A stretch of 64,000 nt of DNA from Octopus bimaculoides (Eukaryota), in contig NC_068981.1 of assembly GCF_001194135.2 (NCBI RefSeq), forward strand, positions 99,441,485-99,505,484, in the 5' to 3' direction. The position numbers and the translations under genes were made by a program. Shown here piece by piece: positions 38,421 to 51,400 of this stretch. The number at the start of each line of letters is the position of its first letter. Position 1 is the first letter of the stretch. Below the pieces are notes generated by a model. It saw nothing but the letters and a program-made list of their open reading frames with translations, did no database searches and was not told where the DNA came from.

Positions 38421-39199
38421 AATGCTTTACTTTAAAGCATGAGTATAACAACTGATTATTAGTATCACTATGCCTAAGCGAAATAATGTTTTGTGTGTGT
38501 GTGTGCGTGCGTGCGCGCGCATGTATATTTCTCTTATACACACGCACACACACAGACAGACAGATTCGCGCACACATTCACACACACACACACATATAAA
38601 GAGACAAAGAGACAGACCGCGCGCGCACACAGACAAATTATATAAACCTTCCTGTTGATAATATGCACAGTAAAAAAAGTACACGTACTCGTAAAAAAGA
38701 AAGGTTGGATCTAAATGTATTTATTGAAACTAACGCTAAAATAAATGGTGGAATTGCACGGTTATTATAAAAACTATAACGTTGTTGGAAGTTTGTAGTG
38801 AAACATGAACTATAATACCGCTTTTGAAATAGTTTTTCTGACGCGTTTGATTCTTGAGAAGGTATAGATACACTTATGTAATACTGGATGTGGAGTTTTA
38901 GGAGATAACATCTTTGAAATCTATATTTTTTGTTAGACGTTCGTTACTTCTATGTTGAGAGTTGTAATTTAATACCTTTATCTTTCCGACAAGAAGTGAA
39001 TGCTCCGAAGATAACACTGTCTATATTGTCCAAAAACTTGAGTTACTACATCTGCATGGGTACACATATGTGTATATGTGTGAGTGTGTGTGTGTATTCA
39101 CATACATATACACATATGTGTATGCGCCTAGATGTAGTGATCAGTTTTGGGGCAATATTGACAATGCTTTTCTAGAGCGCGTTCATTTCTTGACATGTG

Positions 39200-39231
<32 letters not shown>

Positions 39232-40087
39232 TATTCTATTTTTTAATTATTATAAATCTTCCACTGAGGAGGGAGCCGGTTTCCAACAAAGATACAAGGC
39301 TCCGTCTTTGAGATGTAGTTTACACAGACAAATTCACGTTTGGAACTTGAGAAAAGTCTTGCATATTTTTACTGTTCCACTCACAGATTGCACTTGTAAT
39401 GTACGAATTAGCTAGTCGATTTCTCTTTCTGAAAATCCCAGTTTATCCAGATTCTCCTCCAAGCATTTACCAACAAAACCAAGTGCTCCAATTATTATTG
39501 GTATGAATATGAATTTATAGTCTGGATATAGAAGCTGGAAGTTTATAAACTTTATACAATATCATAACCTCTACTATTGAAATAATAATATATAGGAGTT
39601 GAACGATATGTTATGGAACTGAGCCTTACAATTATTTGGATATATTTTTTCTGGTGCATAAATACTTATCATCTCTCTCTTTCTCTCCTCTGTGTGTGTG
39701 TGTGCGTGCGCGTGCGCATGTGTAATCCAAATAATAAGACAAAGAAATACTTCAACACATCTTTAATGATCAGTTCCAATTGATTCTGTACCAAATCTGC
39801 TTGCAACGCCAGTTTAAGCAACAATTCGAAGCGAAAATTTACGTAATGTTTGCAGTTTTAGACATTAAAGTGGCATTTCATCAGACTTGCATCAAAGGTG
39901 GGCTCTTACATTGTGCCAATGTAAGAGCGCACCTTTTGATGCAAGCCTTCACTAAATCCACACGATGGTTTCACCGTCATGAAACAAGGATTTTCTACAC
40001 TTAAAGAATTTCGGTGTTAGTCTGAGTTTTGATTGCTCAGAACTCGGGTTGAGTGTTTCATTGGAAATACCCTATCTTTAAATCCTG

Positions 40088-40096
40088 CTAGGACCT

Positions 40097-40133
<37 letters not shown>
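40088..40133. repeat. (TA)n microsatellite
   Basis: Direct inspection; start approximate. Confidence 0.8.
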
Positions 40134-40136
<3 letters not shown>

Positions 40137-40884
40137 AAACGTGTCTCCTCTCCCCTTAAAAACGAACTGCATGAAACTAGAGCTTTCTGTCTTTGTGTAA
40201 ATACTTTGTCTCACCATCACATAATATCTCTTCAACATAGCTAAATCTTCACCACAAGTCTAGTTCTCCACTTCAAAGCCAAAAACTACGACCAACCCTT
40301 TACAAATCCTAAATGAAACCCATAATGGAATACTATTTCCGCAGCTGGGATGGTGCTGTTATTACACATGCATACATCCTACACTGCATTTAAATAAAAA
40401 TCCCTCGAATGATCGACATGAAGTTGCTCACCAACACACTCCAACTCTGTTCCACTTTTCCTATTCTATTAACTCCACTTACAATAAAATTCTTCTCAAC
40501 AGTGATGGCTGCTCTCGTGTCACCTTTAAACTCTGTCACCTTTAAACTCATTTTTTCTTCCCTTCTCGTGACTTATAATACCCACATTCTAGGTCCTACA
40601 CTGACTACTTCACCCAGGCTTTCTTCCCAGAATGTCAGTCCTCTAGAATTCTTCTATCCTGTCTGTTTTTCCTTACATTGTCATCTTGCATCTTTTTTTT
40701 GAAGAGAAACATTAACTGGAGCCAAGAATTAACTGTTGTGGCAATTGTATCAAGGTAAGAGAATATTTCTATTACAAAAGTAGTGGCTCTCACCACAATG
40801 AGATTCAATCGATTTTAAAGAAACCAACCCTTTGAGATTAAATAGTCATAATATGCCGTTTTTCCCTCTCACATATTATCTACG

Positions 40885-42740
40885 TCTGTAAGAAGACCGG
40901 AGGTTGAGGAGGGGTAGTAGTTTTGCTCCGAAAAAGCTTGGCTCTGCTGACAAATACAATCTTTGTAGACCCAGAAGGTGGGCTGGTCGTTCTAGACTTG
41001 AAGTACAGAGATTAGGCTTTCAGATTAGTTGGCATTTATGCGCCGAGTCTTAAAAGCAAACAGACTGATTTCTATCGACGCCTGTAGAACTTTCTCGTGA
41101 CGTCGAAGACATTAGTGGCGTTAGATTTTAACACTATACTGGATGCACGCCAGGATTGTGCTGGCTCAATTAATAGGAAGGAAAACATGCACCTCATCGA
41201 TCTGCTTGAGCGGTTTCAGCTGGCAGATCGTTACAGACTTGATCACCCTAGCGTCCCAGTGTGAACCTGGAGTAATGGCGACGAGTCGTTCAGGTCTCAT
41301 ATAGATAGAATAACAGTTCGTACTAGAGATAAGTCTAGTTTTAGTTGTCCTCAGTTTGTTCTGGTCTCCTACACGGATCACAAGCTAGTGATGTGTAGGG
41401 TGAACATAAATAGAATACATAGATAGGGATCTGGCTAGTGGAAGCTAAACAAGACTATTTTGTCTTATGTGGCATACCGCAGTCAGATTAAGGAGGCACA
41501 TGTTAAATGACAGGTGGTGATTTGCCCTCAAACGAGCCATTCGACTTGAGTCAATTAGATTTAGCCAACAGCTAAGTTTAGAGTAGAAGGGAATCTAGTC
41601 AAGGATTTAGAAGAGGCGTTAAGGTTGGGCTCTGCATCCCAAGTTTTGACAGCGAGATCGGCCTTGGACAGACACCTCAAAATCAAACACGAGGGATGCA
41701 GAGTTCGGGTTAAAGTACGTGCATTGGACCGCGAAGGAATTAACGTTGCCGGGTGAGCCCGTACAGTAGAGACCCAGCGTGGCAATGATGCCGCAATTGG
41801 ATTTTTGGTCGATGAACAGGAACGTTTGATTGAAGGACAAGATGAGATGTGTGAGGTCTCTTACATTGCCGAGTTGTTCGGGAGGAGTGAGGCGCTGGAC
41901 CATGGTGAGCCCCTTCGGGACTTCCTGATTGGTGGTCCGCGTCTCTGGGCACGAGAGGCTGAGTGCTGTGAGGGACCGATCACGGCTAAAGAGGTTATAG
42001 AGGTACTGTCCGAGTGCCCCCCGGGACAAGTCGCGGGTATTTGATGGACAACCCTACGAGTTTCTCAAAAGTATGCCAGACTTGTTCGGGCACCTACTGG
42101 CCAGCGTCTATGCCAAATGGCAGCAGAATGGGAGAATTCTGAAGGCTGCGAGCCGGTGGGTGGTGACGTTGATCAGAAAGGATCTGAGCAAGGGGAACAT
42201 TATTGATAACTTTAGGCCCATAACTCTGTGAAACACACAGTTAAAGATATTGGCACGGGTCGTGGGCAGCCTTGTTGGGGAAGCGCAAACATGCGCCATC
42301 CCAGGCAGGACGATACACGACAATCTCCACCTCATACACTACACCTTAGAGCGGGTGGGTAAAATATCTGGCAAAGGTGGGGACCTGGTACATTTAGACT
42401 AGTCTAAAGCGTTCGATAGGGTTGACCATCGGTACCTGGCGGCGGTTCTCGGAGTGGCCGGTCTAGACCCAACTTTCTGAGGCTGGATCGCTGCTTTGTA
42501 CAGCAACATCGAGTCTGCCGTCCGGGTGAACGGTTTCTTTTCGAAACCGTTCGACATTAAGCGTTCTGTTCGCCAGGGATGGCCCCTGTCTCCGCTTTTG
42601 TATGTGTTGGCTCTTGAGCCATTGCTGCGAAGGATGGAGGCATCTTGCGTGATCTGAGTTGTGCAAGAACTGCGACCGCGTATGCGGATGACATCACCAT
42701 CATCGTGTCAGATGAAAGGCAGCTACCTTGTGTAGAAAAG
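40885..42740 (+). mobile_element. L1/Tx1-clade LINE ORF2 remnant (APE endonuclease plus RT), many stops and frameshifts
   Basis: GRLVVLD...FRLVGIYAP, DFNT, RSHIDRI (APE); FRPITL, QTCAIPGRTIHDNLH, SKAFDRVDH, SVRQGWPLSPLLYVL, AYADDITI (RT). Confidence 0.9.
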
Positions 42741-42826
42741 TTACGAATGAACGGAAATGACTAAGTGCAGCCATCTAACGACAAAAGGGGATACGTCAGA
42801 TAATGGCGGTGGGTCAATTAACCCGG

Positions 42827-45400
42827 TGATGTATAAAATATGGAATTTTTAATTATTATCTCGATTTCTGTAAAAGTTTTAAAATTTTCATTCGATTTCA
42901 TTACATTTGTCATTTCATTATAATCACACTGTGTATGTTCGCTTGTCTGTCTTTGTGGTGTCTCCACTGTGTTGGGCCCTGTGTGGCCAATAAAAGAAAC
43001 TGAGATGAGAAATCGCAGGAAGTCGAAAGGTGTCGTTCGTAGAGTCACAGGAAATAGTTGAAAAGTTGTTATAGTTCGTTGAGTTGTTTTGGATTGGTTA
43101 CAGTTGTTGGCAGAGTATTTGGGAATACATCAAATGGAGACAGCTGGTGTCTACCCCATACCGTGGTATTATATATGACACTGTATTAGTGAACGACAAT
43201 AAGGTAACATATATAGAAACCACGTTATAAAAGTGGCGACGAGTGATTCGAAGGTTACGTTGGTCATTAACAATTTTTTATGATACAAAAAATTCGTTAG
43301 TTATGGGAGACCTACTAGCTGACGTATTACAGTTGCAGGAGTTGCACCAACAACTACAACACAATCAGTTCTGGAACTGATGTTGAGGTGGTCGGGAAAC
43401 ACTTCAAGTTCGTTTTCTCCAGATGGCTTAGCGAATGTTATAACTGAATTTAGTTATAACCCAGAAGAAGGTATAACCTTTTCGGTGTACTTCAGTAGAT
43501 ACGAAGAAATATTCAAGGAAGAATGCAAGTGTTGGACAGACGATGAAAAAGTGAGACTACTGTTACGGAAACTAGGTCCTTCAGAACATGAAAAATACTG
43601 CAATTTTGTCTTACCTAAAAAAAAAAAAAAAAAAAAAAAACATGTTTCGAGGAAACAATTGAATTGCTATCCAAAATGTTCAGCGATAAGAGTTCCCTGA
43701 TTAACACTAGCTGGGAGTGTTGGAACCTAGTAAAAGAAGAGGACGAAGATTTTGTCATTTATGCCGGAATCGTAAATAAAATGTGCGAAAAATTTAAACT
43801 GAAGGAATTATCTCCGGATACGTTTAAATGCCTCGTCTTTGTGCAAGGTTTGATAGCAAACAAAGATGCAGAAATACGTGAACGGATTCTTACAAAACTA
43901 GAACATGAGGACCAGAATTTAATCCTCAGGCAGTAGCAGAGGGATGTCGAAGAATTATCAATTTGCGACAGGATGTAAAGAAGATTGAAGAAAAAATTTC
44001 TAAAGTACAGACATGTCAACCGGGAATAAATAAAGAAAAAGGAATGTCATGGCGAAGTTCATGCTATGGGTGTGGAGGTCTGTATTTTAAGAAAGACTGC
44101 CCATTTCAAACATGGAAATGTTTTAGCAGTCAAGAATAGGACATAAAAACTCGCACTGCACAGCGAAGCAAGAAAGGTTGGAAAAAAAATTCTTCCAAAA
44201 AGGTTTTTTCAATGGAAAGTCATGACGATACCCCAAAAAGAAAGTACGTGTATGCAAAAATAAACGACGCGAACGTGAAACTATAACTAGACATGGGTAG
44301 CGACATTACAATTTATTGATACCGACATGGGGAAGAAAATTGGTAAACCTACATTAAAGAAAACATCGAAAAGTGCACGAGGCGTTACAGGTGAAAGATT
44401 ACACTTAGGCGAAATGGTAAGAGACATTACATTTCGTTATAAAACCAGTAAAACAAAAGTGTTTGTGTTAAAAAATGCAACAAACTTGTTCGGCACCGAC
44501 TGGATGGAATTGTTTCATTGAATGTCTGAAAACGTGTCACTATCCGCTACCTACTCCGGAAGATATTTTTGTGAAGTTAAACGGGGACAAGTTATTTTCG
44601 AAACTGGATCTCTTCGATGCGTACCTGCAAATTAGAGGAGACGAGGAATGCTCAAAATGCCTAACAGTGAATACGCTTAAAGGACTATATAGATTTAACA
44701 GATTACCATTTGGTCTAAAGGTCACACCTGCAGTTTTACAACAGGTTATGGGTGCAATGTTTGCGGACTATGAATTCGCAGTTCCATACTTGGATGATAT
44801 ATTAATCAAAAGTGAATCTCGTGATCAGCATGTCGAGCATGTAAAAATGAAAAAATAAGAGATTACGGTTTCACACTGAGTGACGGAAAATGTGAATTTT
44901 CTTACCTAAAATTAAGTATTTAGGACAAATTATCGACAGGAACGGACGACGATCGAACCCGTCGAGGGCAGACGCAGTTAAAAAATATACCTTCTCCGGC
45001 AAGCTTTTCTAGGTCTAGCGAATTATTATCAAAATTATATACCATATATGCATAAATTGAGGGCTCCACTTAATAATTTGCTAAAAAAGGATGTAAAGTG
45101 AAATTGGTCAAATAATTGTCAAAAGGCGTTTGACGATATTAAAAAAATATTAGTATCGGATTTGTCGCTGGCTCATTTCGATCCTGCAGAGGAGTTTATA
45201 GCTTCTGACTCTTTTGAAGAAGGCGATGATTCATGCCTCACGTTCTCTGAAAAACTACAGTCAAATAGAGAAAGAAGCTCTAGCAATCATTTTTGCTGTG
45301 AAGAAATTTCACAGATTTTTGCACGGTAGAAGTTTTTGGCACCAAACTGATCACCGACCATTAGTATCAATTTTGGGGTCGAAGAAAGGAATTATAATTA
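42827..45400 (+). mobile_element. Ty3/Gypsy LTR retrotransposon, degenerate, 3'-truncated (no integrase or 3' LTR seen)
   Basis: Putative 5' LTR about 42827-43230; PBS TGGCGACGAG 43234-43243; gag FSYNPEEGITF...LLLRKLG; knuckle CYGCGG...DCPF; protease LDMGSDITI; RT LDLFDAYLQI, LPFGL, YLDDILI; RNase H NYSQIEKEALAIIFAVKKFH...TDHRPL. Confidence 0.9.
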
Positions 45401-45449
45401 TTTAAAGCTATATATTGCTAAGTCCACACTTACAGTTTGCATCTCCAGT

Positions 45450-45650
45450 CGGGAACCTCCATCTTGTATGTTGATCTACTGGAATCTGTTCAGAGAAATC
45501 TAGCCAAATACCTTCCATCAGTCTCTTAGCATATCTACAACGTCTTGCTTCTCTGGGCATCGATACAATAAGGTTTCGATGTCTAGCAGTTGATTTTGTA
45601 GAAACCCTTGGTCACCTTTTTGAATTCAATATCTCTACCATCCATAGATA
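45450..45650 (+). mobile_element. CR1-like LINE 3' fragment
   Basis: LESVQRNLAKYLP...LQRLASLG resembles the CR1 (I/L)ERVQRR.T motif. Confidence 0.55.
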
Positions 45651-46499
45651 TGCTTATAAAAATAAATAGAAATAAAAATAAACAGCGCAAATTGTCGAGG
45701 CATGAAATAAATTACCCGCATCCTTCAAAAACCATCCTTCTTGAGATTTGCTAATGCTACTCCTGACGTCTCATGCACCACTTCTTCTTTGTAGTTCAAT
45801 CCCTCTTTTCTGTCTTTCTGTATTTTATACTGTGTACTATGCATACACTTTTGGCCATCATTGTTGCTTTTTGTCCCGCTTTTACTTTTGTCACAAGCGA
45901 CCATATGATGTTTCATCTATACTGATATGATAGCTGCTTGAGTTAAAGAATGAAGATATGTTTCTATGCTGTATGAAGAAATAACTGAACAATACCTGCG
46001 AACATTTAATAGAAGAATTTATTGTCGCACATAACAAACTGCGTTGCCATTTTCAGTTGACAACAGCAATAATTACAGACTGGGAGAGAGATACTGCTCT
46101 GAGATTATAGCAAGCTATTGGTATGGCAACATACGGATTGTCCAACATATGTGAAAACAATTGTGCTCTCTTCGTGGCGACAGTTCTTGGTCATCTATCT
46201 TATCCTTCTGTTCTGGCCGTCTACCTAGGCCGTCTGGTTGCAAAAGTTCGCACCGAACGGTTTATATAGGGGACCAGAAGCCAAATCCTAGAATGTCCGA
46301 GAAAACCTTGTCCACGCCATTGCTTCATGCTGATTGAGTCGATTAATAGACCAATCACGTGAAACTATGGTGGTTTGTTCGTGATGTATGACCTCATGTC
46401 CAGGGATTCGGTTTCGAATCGCCGCTACACTCTTTTCCGACGAGTTGTAGTGCACCTGAGCACTATATACAATCAGCTTATTACTATAGAAGAGATAGG

Positions 46500-46530
<31 letters not shown>

Positions 46531-46570
46531 AATAAGAGAAGAGTATTAATATCAGAAATATCTGAATAAA

Positions 46571-46960
46571 ACGAGGTGCATTCATTAAAAAGTAATTATT
46601 TGCTGCCAACTCTGCGGTGGTTTGCAAATGATGTCTCTCAAACTGTCTTTGTTGTCATGCTCAGAAACTGAGAAGATGGTGAACTAGTGAGATTATCGAT
46701 TGCGTGCGTGTTTTTACAGTTGCTCAGGTTGATATATAGTCAAGCGTTGAGTAAGTGTAGATGTGAAAATTGAGTATAGCTAGACAGACGCGCATAACAC
46801 TTTTGCAGATTGGATTAGCATCTGACGATAATTTAACAGAGATACCAGGGGATGAGGAGTGATAAAGTGAGTGAGTTTTGAGTAAAACAAGTACGGATTT
46901 TTTCATGTCAAAGTTCATAGACAGTTTCCAGAAAATCTTCCAAGTTGAAAAAAACCTTCA
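46571..46960 (+). mobile_element. Possible mariner 5' remnant
   Basis: CGAGGTGCATTCA TIR-like start and a decayed KIEY start region. Confidence 0.3.
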
Positions 46961-47524
46961 ATGCACTGTTACAATGATCTATTTCAGTATATTAGAGTAT
47001 TGATCGGTTTAGTGATTCAGGACAAAACTGAACAGTTATCTGCAATTATTGGAACACAAAGGTTCTCGAATATAAATTCAATAAAACCTTGTTTAGATTG
47101 ATATATAATAGTTACACTTTAATCAGAGTGGCAATAATGTACAGAAAATAGCCCATTCCTTCCTTTGCTTGTTAACAAAGTGCATTGAAGGTGAAATAAA
47201 GTGAAATATTGTTTTCTTTAATATTGTACAAAAGTTACGATTTCTTGTCGTGAGCTTTCAAACTGACTATGCAAACGCCCACCTATTATTAGAAGTTATT
47301 GTATCGTTGAAGCAAAATAGTTGTCGTTACTATTCCCAATAACATTAATGATTCTGACCCCCTTTTGATAGATGGTGCCTTTTAATATTAAAAACGGACA
47401 TTAGTAACTGCATACGATACTAATTAGACGGTTCTTATCCTGTCACCGACACTGCTGTGTTTATTGTAAAGATACCGTTTAAATAACTCATACCAACAAG
47501 TAATAAATATTAATTCCTTTTACT

Positions 47525-47720
47525 AATGGCACAAGGCCAAAAATTTTAAAGAAGCGGGATAGTCAACTGCATGTACTCTAGTGCTCAACTGGTACTTCTT
47601 TTATCGACCCGAAATGATGGAAGACACAATCGACCTCGGCGGAATTTGAACTCAGAACGTAAAGCCGGAAGAAATGCTGCGGAACATTTTGTCCGGCGTG
47701 CTTACGATTCTGTAAGCTCG
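47525..47720 (-). mobile_element. SINE family A
   Basis: TCGACCTCGGCGGAATTTGAACTCAGAACG core. Confidence 0.8.
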
Positions 47721-48402
47721 CCTCATGCAGTAAATATTAATGGTAGATATTGAACTACAGACGAATGTTTTTATCTGACAGTTACTATTTAAAATTCTCT
47801 TATGAGCCTGGTGAAGCCAACGAGAACCCACTCCAGAGTATCTTTTCCAGAAGATGAAGTAAAATATTCAAACAAATGATTAATTGAAAAAAACAAAACA
47901 AAAAACAACAACAACAAAAACCCGTTATTACAAGACAGGCGTTCAATCTCCGTTAAGAGAAAGACAAAAACAAACTTATTGCTATCGAGGGGAAATGGGC
48001 AAATAACATACTAAATTTATGAAATTTAAAGATCAAAAATATTGTTTTCTCACGAAAGTAAAAGGTTAACTGTCGCAGAAATAGTTGATTGAATAAATCT
48101 ATGATCAGGACTTGTTTTATCGACAACGAGAAATGAAAAAGCAGTCGGTCCAAGTTAATTTGAACTCAGAACATAACTAATAGACTTGACAACGCTGGTC
48201 ATGCACTCCTAAGATGTACACGTGTTTATAATAGTAGAGGCGTCCAAGTGATTTGCTGACACCAATATTATAGAATTTAAAATGCAAGTGATATTTTTTT
48301 TTTGTTGAAAGGCATTACTTATAAAAAGAATATCCAACAACATCATGGTGAAAATATGCTTCACGCTTTGTTAAAGACCGCTTTACGGCAAAAAGTTTAT
48401 TT

Positions 48403-48416
48403 GTTGATATAGCAAC
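48403..48416. promoter_or_regulatory. RFX X-box-like motif at the TTLL9 5' end
   Basis: GTTGATATAGCAAC, 13/14 match to GTHNYYATRRNAAC. Confidence 0.45.
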
Positions 48417-48418
48417 CA

Positions 48419-48429
48419 ATGATGTCAAG
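48419..48429 (+). CDS. TTLL9: Putative TTLL9 first coding micro-exon (MMS-R)
   Basis: ATGATGTCAAG then GTAGGT; phase 2 fits the exon at 52472. The alternative start is ATG 52479. Confidence 0.45.
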
Positions 48430-51400
48430 GTAGGTAATTCCCAAACTTTACTGTGTTTATCTTTCGATACGCGAATAGGTAATATTATTTACGGAAACTA
48501 ATGTACCACACAATCCAGTGGTGTAAGAGTAATGAGATACACTCCTCTGGTGAGTTGTGATGGTGGTTTCGTTTCGATTCTCAGATGTTGTCGTTACACA
48601 TCACTTTTATTATTCTCCAAAGAAAGTGTGAAGGTGACATCTTATTTCCCTTACCTCCGTCACCAGTCAGATGGTGTTTGGTTGAGACTTGGGCCTAAAT
48701 TAAAATCCCTCACGCAAAATCAGCTTCGTCTGTCATCTCCCAGAGTTAGCAAAACAAGTACCTGCAAGAGGCGGGATCGAACAATTTCCTTATACACACA
48801 CGCACAAACATAACACACGCACGCAATGGAAACAATATTTCCTTTTAGGTTAGAAATAAGCGTAACTTCTGATTAACGTTGTTCATTAATGATGAAAATG
48901 CACAATCGACCTCGGCGAAATTTGAACTCAGAACGTAAAGCCGGAAGAAATGCTGCGGAGCATTTTGTCCGGCGTGCTTACGATTCTGTAAGCTCGCCTC
49001 AAGCAGTAAATATTAATGGTAGATATTGAACTAGAGACGAATATTTTATATGATAGTTACTATTTAAAATTCTATTATGAGCCTAGAGAAGCCAACGAGA
49101 ACTCACTCCAGAGTATCTTTTCCAGAAGGTGAAGTAAAGTTAGAGAGAAAAAGTTCGTTCGATTTTGGATAACGTTTCTTCTTTGAGGCTATCCGGCTTA
49201 ACATGAACACTTGACACCTTAGGTGCCTTTAGTGGACGTCACTATGTTGTATCATTCAGCCCAGTTCTTCGGTTTGAGGATAACTTCCTGCCCTCACCCC
49301 ATTAGTTTTGTAGGCTATATAATTATGAGTTCGGCTTTCTCACCTGAATGGATGGCAGGGGCATAACTATAGTTTGTTGCCCATCTCTATTTTATTTTTT
49401 CAACCTTTTTTAAAATGTATATTTTTAAACAAAAATTTAGTTTTCAGTAATGTCGGTAAAATTAGGTGGTGGTGGTGGAAAGTTTTTATCGGTGGTATTT
49501 CGACTCACCTCCCTCTCTTTTTGGATGAATTTTTGTGGAGATGCGTTCCTGGAGGTAATTCACAACTCCGACGAAAAAAAAAAAAAGAAAAAAGTTTTAT
49601 TAATATAATCGTGAAAAATGTACGTCTGTATTCTATTTAAAAATACACATTTTAAAGAAAGTTATGAAGAAATAATGTCGGCGATGTACCGAACTGTAGT
49701 TGTGCCGGTATATTAAACAAAATTTCTTTTATATGTTTTGGTCATTAGAATACGGGCCACAACCTCGATGGGCTTATTTCAATCTGGTACTTATTCTATT
49801 AGTTTTTTTTTTTTTTTACTGAACCACTAGGTTACAAGATAAAAACAAACCAATAAAGTTTTTATTTCTTTATTGCCCATAAACACAGAGGGGCTAAAGA
49901 TAGAGGGGACAGACAAAGGGATTAAGTCGATCACATCGGCTCCAGTGCGTAACTGGTACTTATTTAATCGACCCCGAAAGGATGAAAGGCAAAGTCGACC
50001 TCGGCGGAATTTGAACTCAGAACGTAACGACAGACGAAATACCGCTAAACATTTCGCTCGGCGCGCTAACGATTCTGTTAGCTCACCGCCCTACAAACCA
50101 ATACAAGTTGTCAAGCAGTTAGAGAACACACATACACAATATATGCAAATATATTACATAGGCACAAACAGATGTATACGGCTGTCCAAGGAAATTTCAT
50201 AAGTCACATTTGTATAGTAAGTAGTTGAATGGATATAAACCCTTCCCCACTCTATCTCGCCCTTACAACCTTACCTTTTCACATTTCCACACAAACCGAC
50301 AGGAGACGGTTCTTGCCAAAGCAATGACTAAAAAAAAAAAAAGGATCAGTCTAAGGGGCATAACTCATATAGGGTTAAAAGCTAACCTTACTTTTTGAAT
50401 GTTTTTCATTCCCTTTTGTTTTTTGTTCCGGATGTGGTGTTTGAGACTGCCTGTGCAAAAGAACCGAAGTGATACTTGTCCGATCAGCGAAGTCTGACAA
50501 ATATTAAATTATTCTTCCATTCTAGGAAGAATTTTGTTTTGTATGAAACCGCCCGGAGGAAAAACAAAATTGCGATTATGAATGCTGTATAACATACATA
50601 CATACATACATACATATGTGTGTGTGTGTATGTATGTATGNNNNNNNNNNNNNNNNNNNNNNNNNNNNNNNNNNNNNNNNNNNNNNNNNNNNNNNNNNNN
50701 NNNNNNNNNNNNNNNNNNNNNNNNNNNNNNNNNNNNNNNNNNNNNNNNNNNNNNNNNNNNNNNNNNNNNNNNNNNNNNNNNNNNNNNNNNNNNNNNNNNN
50801 NNNNNNNNNNNNNNNNNNNNNNNNNNNNNNNNNNNNNNNNNNNNNNNNNNNNNNNNNNNNNNNNNNNNNNNNNNNNNNNNNNNNNNNNNNNNNNNNNNNN
50901 NNNNNNNNNNNNNNNNNNNNNNNNNNNNNNNNNNNNNNNNNNNNNNNNNNNNNNNNNNNNNNNNNNNNNNNNNNNNNNNNNNNNNNNNNNNNNNNNNNNN
51001 NNNNNNNNNNNNNNNNNNNNNNNNNNNNNNNNNNNNNNNNNNNNNNNNNNNNNNNNNNNNNNNNNNNNNNNNNNNNNNNNNNNNNNNNNNNNNNNNNNNN
51101 NNNNNNNNNNNNNNNNNNNNNNNNNNNNNNNNNNNNNNNNNNNNNNNNNNNNNNNNNNNNNNNNNNNNNNNNNNNNNNNNNNNNNNNNNNNNNNNNNNNN
51201 NNNNNNNNNNNNNNNNNNNNNNNNNNNNNNNNNNNNNNNNNNNNNNNNNNNNNNNNNNNNNNNNNNNNNNNNNNNNNNNNNNNNNNNNNNNNNNNNNNNN
51301 NNNNNNNNNTTCGATTCCCAGACCGGACATTGTGAGTGTTTATTGAGCGAAAACACCTAAAGCTCCACGAGGATCCGGCAGGGGATGGTGGCGAACCCTG

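Larger units (their letters stand above)
47613..49138 (+). repeat. About 250-bp direct duplication (47613-47863 and 48889-49138)
   Basis: Both copies contain the same SINE piece plus the same non-SINE flank (GCAGTAAATATTAATGGTAGATATTGAACT...CTCCAGAGTATCTTTTCCAGAAG). Confidence 0.9.

Noticed and set aside
39264-39307. Hammerhead-like CTGAGGA plus GGAGCC/GGCTCC stem
   Set aside because: The required GAAA after the stem is absent (GTCT).
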